Below, piece by piece: positions 1-8,816 of a stretch of DNA of 63,166 bases (its first letter is position 1; each line of letters begins with the position of its first letter). Under the pieces are notes generated by a model. It searched no databases and had not been told where the DNA came from. It was given only the letters and a program-made list of their open reading frames with translations. Made by a program: the position numbers and the translations under genes. The stretch comes from Thermoproteota archaeon. Its GTDB lineage: Archaea; Thermoproteota; Thermoprotei_A; Sulfolobales; Ignisphaeraceae. The DNA is taken from positions 1 to 63,166 of the forward strand of contig JAADCV010000100.1 of assembly GCA_013154235.1 (NCBI GenBank). Direction: 5' to 3'.

Positions 1-504
1 ATAAGGAGGAGGTTCGACGAGCTTAGAGCTAAGCTAGACTCCGTTAGCTACTGGAAGAAGCTTCGCGAGATACTACCTATTTTGGAGAGGGGCGATACTG
101 TTGGAGCTGTCGCTATCGATCGCGAGGGTAACTTGGCTGCAGCTGCTAGCACTGGGGGTGTATGGCTCAAGCTCCCTGGTAGGGTAGGCGACTCGCCTAT
201 CTATGGAGCTGGGTTCTACGCTACCAGCAACTGCGCTGTGTGCGCTACAGGACTAGGCGAGACGATAGTTAAGGCGATGGCTTGCCTCAGCGTAGCGCGC
301 GCAGTCGATGCTGGCTCTAGTGTAGAGAAAGCATGTAGAGACGTTGTCGAGGCTCATAGTCGTAGGTTTGGCTCTGGAACCATAGGGCTGCTAGCTATGG
401 ATAGGGAAGGCAGGGCTGTTGCTGTGCATAACACGGAGTACATGCCCTTTGCGTGGCGTTCCGAGGAAAAAGTTGTTGTGTCTATGAAGGGGCTGAAGGT
501 CTAG
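1..504 (+). CDS. Isoaspartyl peptidase/L-asparaginase (Ntn hydrolase), 5'-partial
   Basis: Frame open from base 1; GDTVGAVA nucleophile Thr, STGG and GRVGDSPIYGAG, ATGLGE motifs. Confidence 0.93.
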   Translation: MRRRFDELRAKLDSVSYWKKLREILPILERGDTVGAVAIDREGNLAAAASTGGVWLKLPGRVGDSPIYGAGFYATSNCAVCATGLGETIVKAMACLSVARAVDAGSSVEKACRDVVEAHSRRFGSGTIGLLAMDREGRAVAVHNTEYMPFAWRSEEKVVVSMKGLKV

Positions 505-1205
505 AGCTCCTCCTCAACCTTCTCCATTGGTTTTGCCTGCACGGTCTCCCTGATCCTATTTATGAGCTTGAGCGCTTCCTCGTAGCTAACATGTGTTGCG
601 GTCTGTATCACGGTGGATAGCGCTCTCTTTATAGCGTCCTCAATGCTTTGACCTGGCTGGATCTCGAGCTTCACCTTCTCGAATATTGCAGGCGTAGGCT
701 CGATCACGGCACCCCTCTTTAGGACAGCTAGGGTCTCGTTCACTGGAGTAACTATAACAGCACCGACCTCCCTATCGCCTAGGAGCACCTCGTAAACCAC
801 GTCTCCGTCAAAGGTCTCTCCAAGCTTCCTAAGGCTGTACTCAACAGCTGCTGTAGAAACCTCAGCAGCCTTAGCCACGAACTCCTTAACTACTTTATCT
901 ACCTCCTCCTGCGGTATCCTCCTAAATGCTTCGATCTGCAGCGTTTCCCATTTCCATCTTATCTCCTTGTTCTCCTCGTCTATCTCGTACTCTATCCTAA
1001 CCCTAACCACATCTCCCTTATCTATCTTGAGCTGCTCGACTAGGATCGTGTAGAGTAGCCTATTGAGCTGGGCAGCGGCGTAGGCTACCCGCTGCGCCCA
1101 GGATTTATCTCTACGAACATAGTCTCTCATCTGCGCGAATAGCGTCCTACGGATCTTGTCTGCGTACGCACCCGCTATAACGAGCCCTGAGCTCAGTAGA
1201 GGCAT
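501..1205 (-). CDS. DUF2258 ThermoDBP-related ssDNA-binding protein (long, RP2-like)
   Basis: N-terminal LSSGLVIAGAYADKIRRTLFA and GDVVRVRIEYE motifs typical of the ThermoDBP/DUF2258 family. Confidence 0.8.
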   Translation of the reverse strand: MPLLSSGLVIAGAYADKIRRTLFAQMRDYVRRDKSWAQRVAYAAAQLNRLLYTILVEQLKIDKGDVVRVRIEYEIDEENKEIRWKWETLQIEAFRRIPQEEVDKVVKEFVAKAAEVSTAAVEYSLRKLGETFDGDVVYEVLLGDREVGAVIVTPVNETLAVLKRGAVIEPTPAIFEKVKLEIQPGQSIEDAIKRALSTVIQTATHVSYEEALKLINRIRETVQAKPMEKVEEEL

Positions 1206-1331
1206 TCTAACCCCCTTATTCGACTCTAACTACTGTCTCCTACACCTATATAGATTACCTTTGGGTAGCGCGTGAGGTAGCGATATAGAGCCTATATCTT
1301 GCTCTAGCAACGTATCGGTGAGGTAAACATC

Positions 1332-2156
1332 ATGGCTAGCGCAGAGGATGAGCTGAGGAAGCTAGCTGCGGATCGGCGTAGGGGATCGTGGGAGCTGCTG
1401 AAGTCTGTTATAGATGTTCTTAGCGCTGCCTGCAAGAGTGGCGAGTATCTAGATGCGGATAGAGTTAGCAAGCTGGTTGCAGCCATTAATCCAGCGATGC
1501 AGGCTCTCCAGGCTTTAGCTAGCGCTATCTCTAGGTCTCGAGACGTGTGCTCAACTATCGATAGGTGGCGGAGCTACATGACTACAGCTCGCCGCAAGCT
1601 CGTTGAGAACGCCACACACTTCCTAAAGCCCTCGATTGTCACGACAATCAGTAGGAGTAGCGCAGTACTGGACTACCTGCTTAGAGCTAAGCCAGCTAAG
1701 GTCATACTGCTGGAGTCTAGGCCCGGCGAGGAGTCTATAGATGTAGCGAGATCGCTATCATCGCACGGGATCGATGTTGAGGTTGTTCCTGACTCGTGCA
1801 TGGCTAGAGCGGTGGAGCGAAGCGAGGCTGTTGTCATAGGTGCTGACGCTATCACCATCCATGGCGAGATTCTTAACAAGGTTGGGTCGCGTCCGCTAGC
1901 TATGGTTGCTCGCTGCCTATCGAGGCCATTCATAGTACTAGCGGAGAGCCTAAAGATTAGTAAGTCGAGCTGTCGGGAGCTCGAGAAGCTAGTTAGATGG
2001 AGAGTCGCCACAGCGTGGGGAGAGACCTCCGTAGAGGTGTTCGAATGCGTCGAGCCTAAGTACATTAGCTACATCGTTACTGAGGCTAGCGTTATCAAGC
2101 CGTTTAAGGAGATGATCGAGCTCGTTGCCAACGAGCTAGCTGAGAGGCTTGGCTAG
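1332..2156 (+). CDS. eIF-2B alpha/beta/delta-like family protein
   Basis: TISRSSAV, LESRPGEE, VVIGADAI, NKVGS, VFE..ITE motifs; GGTGAGG SD upstream. Confidence 0.85.
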   Translation: MASAEDELRKLAADRRRGSWELLKSVIDVLSAACKSGEYLDADRVSKLVAAINPAMQALQALASAISRSRDVCSTIDRWRSYMTTARRKLVENATHFLKPSIVTTISRSSAVLDYLLRAKPAKVILLESRPGEESIDVARSLSSHGIDVEVVPDSCMARAVERSEAVVIGADAITIHGEILNKVGSRPLAMVARCLSRPFIVLAESLKISKSSCRELEKLVRWRVATAWGETSVEVFECVEPKYISYIVTEASVIKPFKEMIELVANELAERLG

Positions 2157-3387
2157 ATCCATGAAGAGGCCGAGCTTCATAATTCCATCGCTGTACAGCG
2201 CCTCGATAGCTATAGCTAACATGGGCTCTACCCTAAAGATAATAGAGTTAGGGGGTGGCACACAGCTAGTAGGCCTCTCGTATCTGCTATACAACATTGG
2301 GTTCACGATATCTTCGTGGACCCTCCCATACGTGTTCCGGGGCTCCTCGAGGAAGTCAATGCTATGCATGTGTCTAGGACTGCTATCAGCTACGTTCCTC
2401 GGGATCGCCTTAGCCCCTAACGCGTGGCTTGTAGTAGCGCTTCAGCTTCCCTACGGCTTCATAGCATCCTTCACGTCCTCCGTCCAAACATCGATTTTCG
2501 TTGAGCTCGTGCGTTGCAAGCACCGTGGAGTATACACAATGTATCTCTTCGGAGGGCTTGGATTCGCTGCTGGCGGGGTAGCTGGCGGTATTGCTAGAAG
2601 GCTCCTACCGCTATCTAACGTCATAATGCTATCGTCTCTCTTCACGGCCACGGCCTCGGTAATGGCTATAGCGTTCCTACCCCCAACGCTAGGTGTTGTG
2701 GAGGCCTCTAAGGTTGTAGCTGAGAGAGGGATGCTAGCTGTAGTCGTTGAGAAGGCTAGGCTCCTATACATGTTATTCGTCAAGCCTAGAGCGTGCTTAC
2801 CTAAGGCGCTGAGGTTGGCCTTCGGACGCACCATACCTCTATTCCTTCTAGCGAGCTCCACTGTCTACGTTGCGATAATGATGTTCTTCTCGGCGTTCCC
2901 CGTGTATCTAAGGCGCGTCGCTAAGCTTCCCGAGTCGCTTATGATGGTGCTGCCAGCGGTTTCGGGCTCGACCTCCACAGCCATATACGCTATAATGTCT
3001 AGGCGCGACATAGAGTACACAAAGCTCTGGAGGGCTCACATACTAGCGCTCTTCGCAAGATCAATCCTATTCGCATCACCTATATTCATAGGCTACGCGC
3101 TTAGCAACCCAGCTGCAGCGCTATCGTTCTACTTCTTCGTTGGTCTTACGTGGGCCTTCATAGGGAGCGTTCAAAGCAACGTGATGGTTCATCTAGCTGA
3201 GCCCGCTAGAAGAGAAGAGAGGCTAGGACACTTGAACGCAGCGATAAGCATGGGCAGCATAGTCGGCTCCCTAGCAGCGTCGAGTCTAAGCGGCTTAGGA
3301 TTCAACCCTATCTTTGCTGCAGCTTCATGCATAATAGCTATAGCGGCAGCCCTAAACATAGCAGCTCTAAGAACTATCGCTAGGTGA
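2149..3387 (+). CDS. MFS-type transporter
   Basis: About 12 hydrophobic segments in two halves, 412 aa. Confidence 0.7.
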   Translation: MARSMKRPSFIIPSLYSASIAIANMGSTLKIIELGGGTQLVGLSYLLYNIGFTISSWTLPYVFRGSSRKSMLCMCLGLLSATFLGIALAPNAWLVVALQLPYGFIASFTSSVQTSIFVELVRCKHRGVYTMYLFGGLGFAAGGVAGGIARRLLPLSNVIMLSSLFTATASVMAIAFLPPTLGVVEASKVVAERGMLAVVVEKARLLYMLFVKPRACLPKALRLAFGRTIPLFLLASSTVYVAIMMFFSAFPVYLRRVAKLPESLMMVLPAVSGSTSTAIYAIMSRRDIEYTKLWRAHILALFARSILFASPIFIGYALSNPAAALSFYFFVGLTWAFIGSVQSNVMVHLAEPARREERLGHLNAAISMGSIVGSLAASSLSGLGFNPIFAAASCIIAIAAALNIAALRTIAR

Positions 3388-3443
3388 GCTCAGTGGGTAA
3401 CCGCTTCATCACAAGCTCAAGTCCCCGAAAAACTCATCATCGC
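3388..3443 (-). ncRNA. Box C/D guide sRNA
   Basis: Minus strand: ATGATGA(C, 3440-3434)-GTTTTTCGGGGAC-TTGA(D')-GCTT-GTGATGA(C')-AGCGGTTACCCA-CTGA(D, 3393-3390); 12-13 nt guides; C box overlaps the DtxR stop codon. Confidence 0.8.
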
Positions 3444-4096
3444 CTACAGCACCTAATGATCCTCGCGAGCTCGTAATCTACACACGCCTTTTCACCGCTT
3501 GAAGCGATCTCTACCTCTATGCACTCCTCGTTCTTACCTACAACCAGCAGCTCGGACCCTACACCTATGCCTAACCTCTTCGCACGCTCGATAAGTCTCT
3601 CGCTAACAAAGCATAGCACCCTACTCACTATACAGTGCTCCCCTACCCTCATGCACGATAGAGGATCATCATTGATCGTCTCGATGTTACTCGAATCAGG
3701 ACTAGGAATAGGGTTCCCGTGCGGACACCTCTCGGGCCTTCCAAGATAGTTGTAGAGCCTGTAGAAGAACTCGTCAGGCATGTGCTCCAGCATATGAGCT
3801 AGCTTGTGGCACTGCACCTCATCGAATCCAAGCACTTTGTGTAGGAACACCTCGGCTACCCTATGCCTCCATATCACCTTCCTAGCTATGTTCAAGCCCT
3901 TAGGCGCTAGTCTAAAGCCTCTGTAGGGCTCCCAAACAAGGTAACCCTCTCTAGCTAGCCTCTGCAGAACCTTTGTCACGGTAGCTGGGGTGACCCCAAG
4001 TATCTTAGCAATGCTGCTTGTTCTAGCTACCCCATACAGCTCCTCTAGCCTAAGTACCGCAACCAGGTAGTCCTCGAGTACGCTACCTCCTTTCAT
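3437..4096 (-). CDS. DtxR/MntR-family metal-dependent repressor with C-terminal FeoA/SH3-like domain
   Basis: EDYL, HTH, WRHRVAEVFL, LEH, CPHGNPIP motifs; start moved to ATG at 4096. Confidence 0.92.
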   Translation of the reverse strand: MKGGSVLEDYLVAVLRLEELYGVARTSSIAKILGVTPATVTKVLQRLAREGYLVWEPYRGFRLAPKGLNIARKVIWRHRVAEVFLHKVLGFDEVQCHKLAHMLEHMPDEFFYRLYNYLGRPERCPHGNPIPSPDSSNIETINDDPLSCMRVGEHCIVSRVLCFVSERLIERAKRLGIGVGSELLVVGKNEECIEVEIASSGEKACVDYELARIIRCCRR

Positions 4097-4101
4097 ATCA
4101 A

Positions 4102-4125
4102 TAAGTTTAGACGCACCTAACCTTA
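4102..4125. promoter_or_regulatory. Probable DtxR-family operator overlapping the feoB TATA box
   Basis: Inverted repeat TAAGTTTAG-ACGCAC-CTAACCTTA (8/9 match), TTAG-N6-CTAA core, between divergent regulator and feoB; TTATATA at 4123-4129. Confidence 0.65.
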
Positions 4126-4164
4126 TATACTTTGCCACGCACCAGACCACGGGCCGCCAGAGCT

Positions 4165-6276
4165 ATGCTAGAGCTCAGCAACTCCTGGGAAAAGCTAAGG
4201 AAGTGCAAGCGCATCGCAGCATTAGCTGGCCAGCCCAACGTCGGCAAATCAACGCTCTTCACGAGGATAACGGGAGAGATAGCCCACGTGGGAAACTTCC
4301 CCGGAACAACCGTCGAGATAAGCGTGGGGATCGCGCATGTAGATGGAGACGAAATCTGCGTAATCGATCTCCCTGGAACCTACGGTCTATCAGCCTCGAC
4401 TGAAGAGGAGCGTGTCGCTAAGAGAATCCTTCTTAGCGGTCTCCCTCAGGTGACTATAGTGGTGGTCGACGGTATCAGCATCGAGAGAACGCTCTATCTA
4501 GCTATCCAGATTCTGGAAATGTTCCCACGTGTAGTCGTAGCGCTCAACAAGTGGGATGTGCTTCACAAGAAGGGGGTTCATATCAATATCGAGAAGCTCG
4601 CTAGGTACCTAGGGTCCCCGGTTATACCTGTATCCGCCATAACTGGCGAAGGGGTTAGGGCTCTCCTCTTAGAAGCTCTAAAGGAGATGAATAGGGTTCC
4701 CCGGAAGCCTCTTGAGGTAGATTATGGTCCTCTAGAGAGGTTCGTCAGGGAGCTCGAGGACGTTGTTAGCAAGCTAAATCTCTACCCTTCTGCGAGCCCT
4801 AGATGGATTGCTATAGCGATACTGGAGGGAGACGAGGATGTTGCTAACGATTTGCGTAGAGCTAGCGAGAATCTGTATAGAGAGGTTATTGCAATTGTTG
4901 AGAGAGCTAGAAAGGAACTTGGCGCGAACCTACCCGAGGTCATCGCTAGACAGCGCTACGCATTGGCGGAGAGAATCGTTAGGGATTGCGTTGTTAGAGT
5001 CGAGGTTAAGGAGAGCGCGTTTCCAGCTATAGACAGAGCTTTTCTCAACCCTGTTATAGGTCCGATCCTATCGGTTGCGCTTCTAGCTACAGTATTCTTC
5101 GCGGTGTTCTCAATAAACACAGGCTACCCCCTAGTGTTGATACTTAGACACGTTGGTGCATCGAGTGCAGCTGAAGCTCTGGAGAGCTATAGCTTATCTG
5201 GACTCGTAGGAGAGGCGTTCCGCATCCTAAGCGCGTACACAGCTAGCTCGCTGAAACACGTATGCGGCTCAGCGTGCTCAAACCTGATAGCGTACGGTGT
5301 CGTAGGCGGTGTAGGGGTAGTAGTTAGCTTTCTACCTCTAGTCTTCACAATAATGGTCGTGCTAGCTGCCCTCGAGGACTCTGGCCTAGGCCCTAGAATG
5401 GCTTCATCGCTACACAGCCTCTTCAGCGCCTTCGGGTTATCGGGACGCGCTGTCTACCCTATGCTAACAGCGTTTGGATGCAATGTTCCTGCCGTGCTAG
5501 CGTCTAGGGCTGCCATAGATCCCGTGGAGAGAGTTGAGATAGCCATGAGCATAGCGTTCATTCCATGCCAAGCAAGGCTCGTTGTTCTGGCTGCGTTCGT
5601 AACGTTCATATTCTCTTCGTCACCATCGCTCCAGGCAGTAGCAATGGTATCTGTCCTCCTGGGAGGCGTCTTGCTGTACCTTGCGACAGCTAAGCTCGTA
5701 AGAGTGCTGCATCGCGCATCGCCATCTCCAGAGCTCCTCCTAGAGATACCACCGATACACAGACCCTCGTTGAGGGTGATATGGTGGAACTCGTGGGAGC
5801 AAACAAAGCACTTCCTAAAGAAAGCAGGTGTTCTAATATTTGCGCTAAGCGTGGTCTCGTGGATACTCCTCCACTTCGGCTCTATGGGATACGTCGGCGA
5901 TTTGATAGAGAGGAGCTTCGCTGCGAATCTAGGGAAATTCCTAGCGCCACTCTTTGCCACGATATACGGGTTACCCCCATCTTCAGCGTGGAAAATGGGG
6001 TTCGCCACGATCGTAGGCTTCTTCGCTAAGGAGGGTATCCTCGCAGTCTTCGCGCAGCTAGGGAAGGGAAGCATAGCTGCAGCCATAGGAATGAACTCAA
6101 GGCAAGCGTTTGCAGCTCTACTCTTCTTTATGTATTACCTACCATGTCTAGCTACAGCGGTAGTGATGCACCAAGAGCTTGGGAGCATTAAAAAGACTGT
6201 TGCAGCTGTAGCCTACATGATTGGGATTGCTCTAGCTATCTCAGCTGCAGCCTACGCAGTACTTAGGTTTCTATAG
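4165..6276 (+). CDS. feoB: Ferrous iron transporter FeoB
   Basis: GQPNVGKS (G1), VGNFPGTTVE (G2), DLPGTY (G3), NKWD (G4), GCNVPA and IPCQAR gate motifs, YLPC; ATG at 4165 chosen. Confidence 0.95.
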   Translation: MLELSNSWEKLRKCKRIAALAGQPNVGKSTLFTRITGEIAHVGNFPGTTVEISVGIAHVDGDEICVIDLPGTYGLSASTEEERVAKRILLSGLPQVTIVVVDGISIERTLYLAIQILEMFPRVVVALNKWDVLHKKGVHINIEKLARYLGSPVIPVSAITGEGVRALLLEALKEMNRVPRKPLEVDYGPLERFVRELEDVVSKLNLYPSASPRWIAIAILEGDEDVANDLRRASENLYREVIAIVERARKELGANLPEVIARQRYALAERIVRDCVVRVEVKESAFPAIDRAFLNPVIGPILSVALLATVFFAVFSINTGYPLVLILRHVGASSAAEALESYSLSGLVGEAFRILSAYTASSLKHVCGSACSNLIAYGVVGGVGVVVSFLPLVFTIMVVLAALEDSGLGPRMASSLHSLFSAFGLSGRAVYPMLTAFGCNVPAVLASRAAIDPVERVEIAMSIAFIPCQARLVVLAAFVTFIFSSSPSLQAVAMVSVLLGGVLLYLATAKLVRVLHRASPSPELLLEIPPIHRPSLRVIWWNSWEQTKHFLKKAGVLIFALSVVSWILLHFGSMGYVGDLIERSFAANLGKFLAPLFATIYGLPPSSAWKMGFATIVGFFAKEGILAVFAQLGKGSIAAAIGMNSRQAFAALLFFMYYLPCLATAVVMHQELGSIKKTVAAVAYMIGIALAISAAAYAVLRFL

Positions 6277-6639
6277 AGATGACTTTCTCTTCAACATCTC
6301 CTCTAGCTCCTTTATCCTCTCCTCCACGCTTCTAAGCTCCTCTTGAAGCTCCTTCAGATCCTCTTCTAGAGCCTTCTTGTACTCCTTCAGCATCTCTAGC
6401 TCCTCCTCTGGAGTTGGGGGCGGAGGAGGCGGTCCGTAGTACATTGGCGGAGGGTAGTACGCAGGATACGGGTAGTAGGGTTGCTGAGGCGCTTGGTACT
6501 GCTGCGGCTGCGACTGCTGTGAGGGTTGCTGTGGATACTGCTGCGGATACTGCGGAGGGTACTGGGGGTAAGGTGGTGGGGGAGGTGGCGGAGGAGGCAT
6601 CCAGTACCTAAACCTTCTCCACCATCCAAACCATGCCAC
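6271..6639 (-). CDS. Pro/Gln/Tyr-rich low-complexity protein with C-terminal coiled coil (DUF5320-like C-terminus)
   Basis: GAGGTGA SD + GTG; polyP/PQY tract then EELEMLKEYKKALEEDLKEL...IKELEE coiled coil. Confidence 0.8.
   Translation of the reverse strand: MAWFGWWRRFRYWMPPPPPPPPPYPQYPPQYPQQYPQQPSQQSQPQQYQAPQQPYYPYPAYYPPPMYYGPPPPPPTPEEELEMLKEYKKALEEDLKELQEELRSVEERIKELEEMLKRKSSL
6520..6572. repeat. Imperfect tandem coding repeat encoding YPQ/YPPQ/YPQQ units
   Basis: ggatactgctgc / ggatactgcgga / gggtactgggg units. Confidence 0.6.
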
Positions 6640-6650
6640 GCTCCATCACC

Positions 6651-6887
6651 TCACTTAGGTACTTCTACTCTAGCACTCTCTAGAGTCTTTAGGGCTGTCT
6701 CAAAGGCTCTCCTCCATGTTTCTATCACAGCTCTATAGAGCTCTATCGTCACCGCGTAGTAGTATGGCACTAGCATCCACTGCATCGCCACGTACATCAT
6801 TGCCATTGGATCGTAAGGCGGCGGCGCTAGATATGGGTAGTAGGGGTATGGGTATGGCGGGTAGGGCGCGTAGTATGGGTAGCTCAC
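6651..6887 (-). CDS. Small Tyr/Pro-rich protein with C-terminal amphipathic helix
   Basis: Tightly packed between neighbours; GGTGG SD + GTG; YPYYAPYPPYPYP N-terminus. Confidence 0.7.
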   Translation of the reverse strand: MSYPYYAPYPPYPYPYYPYLAPPPYDPMAMMYVAMQWMLVPYYYAVTIELYRAVIETWRRAFETALKTLESARVEVPK

Positions 6888-6891
6888 GGTC

Positions 6892-7164
6892 TTACCACCA
6901 TGGGTACGGGTAGTAGGGATACGGTGGATAGTACGGTGCTCTTAGCGGAGGTAGCCAGGGATAGGGGTAGTAGCTCCATCTAGCTACCCATCCTGGGGCC
7001 CCGAATAGCCACCAGCACGCTCCCCTACCGTAGAGCCATCCCGGCCTCATCCACGGTGGTAGGTGGCTCCAGGGACCTCTTCCTGGCCATGGTCCACTCC
7101 ATCCCCATCTGTATCCTCTTCCCCATCCTCCTCTCCAGCCCCATCCGAAGGGTATCCACGCCAT
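6892..7164 (-). CDS. Small Trp/Gly/Pro/Tyr-rich protein (about 90 aa)
   Basis: GGTGA SD 5 nt before ATG 7164; GPWPGRGPWSHLPPWMRPGWLYGRGACWW motif. Confidence 0.75.
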   Translation of the reverse strand: MAWIPFGWGWRGGWGRGYRWGWSGPWPGRGPWSHLPPWMRPGWLYGRGACWWLFGAPGWVARWSYYPYPWLPPLRAPYYPPYPYYPYPWW

Positions 7165-7194
7165 TTCTCTCACCGTTTCTGTGCTACTGCTCAG

Positions 7195-7212
7195 AAACTT
7201 ATATGTTTTTCT
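7195..7212 (-). promoter_or_regulatory. Putative BRE/TATA promoter for the three low-complexity genes
   Basis: Minus strand AGAAAAACATATAAGTTT about 35 nt upstream of ATG 7164. Confidence 0.55.
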
Positions 7213-7240
7213 GTCATGAATCCTAAGCAGTTTCACAGAA

Positions 7241-7591
7241 TCATTTCTCGCGAGACTGAATCGAGGGAATGACAATGGGCCTCATCTCTACAAGAGCTTG
7301 CACAAGCTTCTTGCGGGCGCTATCAAGCATTCTCCAAAGCGTTCCTCTAGAAACGTTCATTCTTCTCGCTGCCTCCTCCTGAGTCAATCCCTCTAGATAC
7401 ACGAGCCTAAGGGCTTCAAGTTCATCGGGCATTATGTACACAGGCTCCTTTTGAATTGGTTTTCCACTACTGTCTATCGGTATGAAAGTGGCGCCACCGA
7501 TCTCGAACCATATGAACCTAGGCTTAGGTCTTCTGCCTGGTCCTTGCCTCCCCCAGCACCACCTCCATGGTGGCCCCCTGGCCTCTCCCAA
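7241..7591 (-). CDS. DUF134 (UPF0251) HTH protein
   Basis: RRPKPR N-terminus; DELEALRLVYLEGLTQEEAARRMNVSRGTLWRMLDSARKKL signature. Confidence 0.9.
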   Translation of the reverse strand: MGEARGPPWRWCWGRQGPGRRPKPRFIWFEIGGATFIPIDSSGKPIQKEPVYIMPDELEALRLVYLEGLTQEEAARRMNVSRGTLWRMLDSARKKLVQALVEMRPIVIPSIQSREK

Positions 7592-7608
7592 GGCTCTCGA
7601 TCCTAGTC

Positions 7609-8562
7609 CTAGGTCTGCTGACGCGCTCTTATGTACTCCCTACCCCTATACTTAACTATGGTTAGGGACCCCCTCTCTAAGTACCTTCGCAGAACCTCCA
7701 TAGCCTTATCCCCATGTTCGCGCTTGAGAAGCGATAGTGCTAGGTCTAGGGGTACTGGGTGCAGCTTCGCTATCTCTAAGAGGCTTTCTATAGTGCTAGC
7801 TCTAGCGAGAACCTCGTCTATCTCCGCCAGAGGTAGCAAGATAACTCGGTGCTTCCCGAGGTACATCGATAGCCTCTCCGCGAAGATCCTCAGTCTATCG
7901 ACTCTAGGCACCCTAACCCACTTCTCGGCTGGAGGCCTAATCGGGGCGTTGATGTACACTACGTATGGCTCCACCTTTCTGAGGGCCTCAGCTAGAAGAT
8001 CAGCATGCCAAGAACCATCGTTTACACCATCGACTAGCACCGTCTCTATAGATAGGATGCCGCTAATCTCCTTGGATAGCTCTTCGAGGCCGCTGATAAT
8101 GGCGCTGATCCTTATAGCGTTATCAGGTCTGTTGACTCTGCGAAAGACGCTTGGCGTAGCAGCGTCGAGCTTCATGGAAACGAAGTCGAATACCGTAGAG
8201 TCCTCCCTAACATCGCGTCTCCACACCAGCGAGGCATTGGATATTAGCGCTACCCGATACCCAAACTCTCTCGAGACTAGAGTAGCCGCCTTACCTAGAA
8301 GGCTGTAGAGGGTGGGCTCACCGTCACCTACAAACGTTAGGTAGTCTACCCTATCAACATTCTCTAGAGCCCGCTCAACAACTCTAGCAACTTCCTCTGG
8401 CTCGCAGTACCTACGCCTAAGTATGCTAGTCCTAATGGTTCTACCTAGCTGACAGTATATGCACGAGTAGCTGCAGGTCTTCATAGGCACAACGCTTATA
8501 CCGAGAGAGAAGCCTAGGCGCCTTGATAAAACGGGTCCGTAAGCCCTAGGTATATGTGCCGT
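7609..8562 (-). CDS. Radical SAM protein (COG0731 / TYW1-related, uncharacterised), probable ACG start
   Basis: CSYSCIYC motif, TFVGDGEPTL; conserved YGPVLSRRLGFSLGI lies in frame upstream of GTG 8490; SD AAGGTGA precedes in-frame ACG 8562. Confidence 0.85.
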   Translation of the reverse strand, partial: TAHIPRAYGPVLSRRLGFSLGISVVPMKTCSYSCIYCQLGRTIRTSILRRRYCEPEEVARVVERALENVDRVDYLTFVGDGEPTLYSLLGKAATLVSREFGYRVALISNASLVWRRDVREDSTVFDFVSMKLDAATPSVFRRVNRPDNAIRISAIISGLEELSKEISGILSIETVLVDGVNDGSWHADLLAEALRKVEPYVVYINAPIRPPAEKWVRVPRVDRLRIFAERLSMYLGKHRVILLPLAEIDEVLARASTIESLLEIAKLHPVPLDLALSLLKREHGDKAMEVLRRYLERGSLTIVKYRGREYIRARQQT

Positions 8563-8816
8563 GGTTTCACCTTGCGCTAGAGAGCTAGGGATGCAGAAAA
8601 AGGTTTAGCGCTTGACATCTACTAGACACCGTTGAGCGCGGGAATCATGCCTCATCACGCACCAGATAGTTCGCTCTCACAAAGTATCGAGGGGAACTCA
8701 GCGGATCCCCGCACCATCTCAATGCTTGCTGCTACGAGCAGCAGTGCCTTACTATGTAGAACAAGGTGCTGGTCGCATATACCCAAGCGGTTCCTCGAGA
8801 CCGCGGGCTACAGCTT

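Noticed and set aside
6400..7145. Repetitive GGGTA/GTAG-rich DNA resembling a repeat array or CRISPR
   Set aside because: Explained by Tyr/Pro/Trp codons on the minus strand; no constant repeat-spacer period.
8656..8787. Minus-strand TTG ORF of about 43 codons and plus-strand 62-aa ORF in the gap
   Set aside because: No motif and weak initiation signals; cannot be supported.
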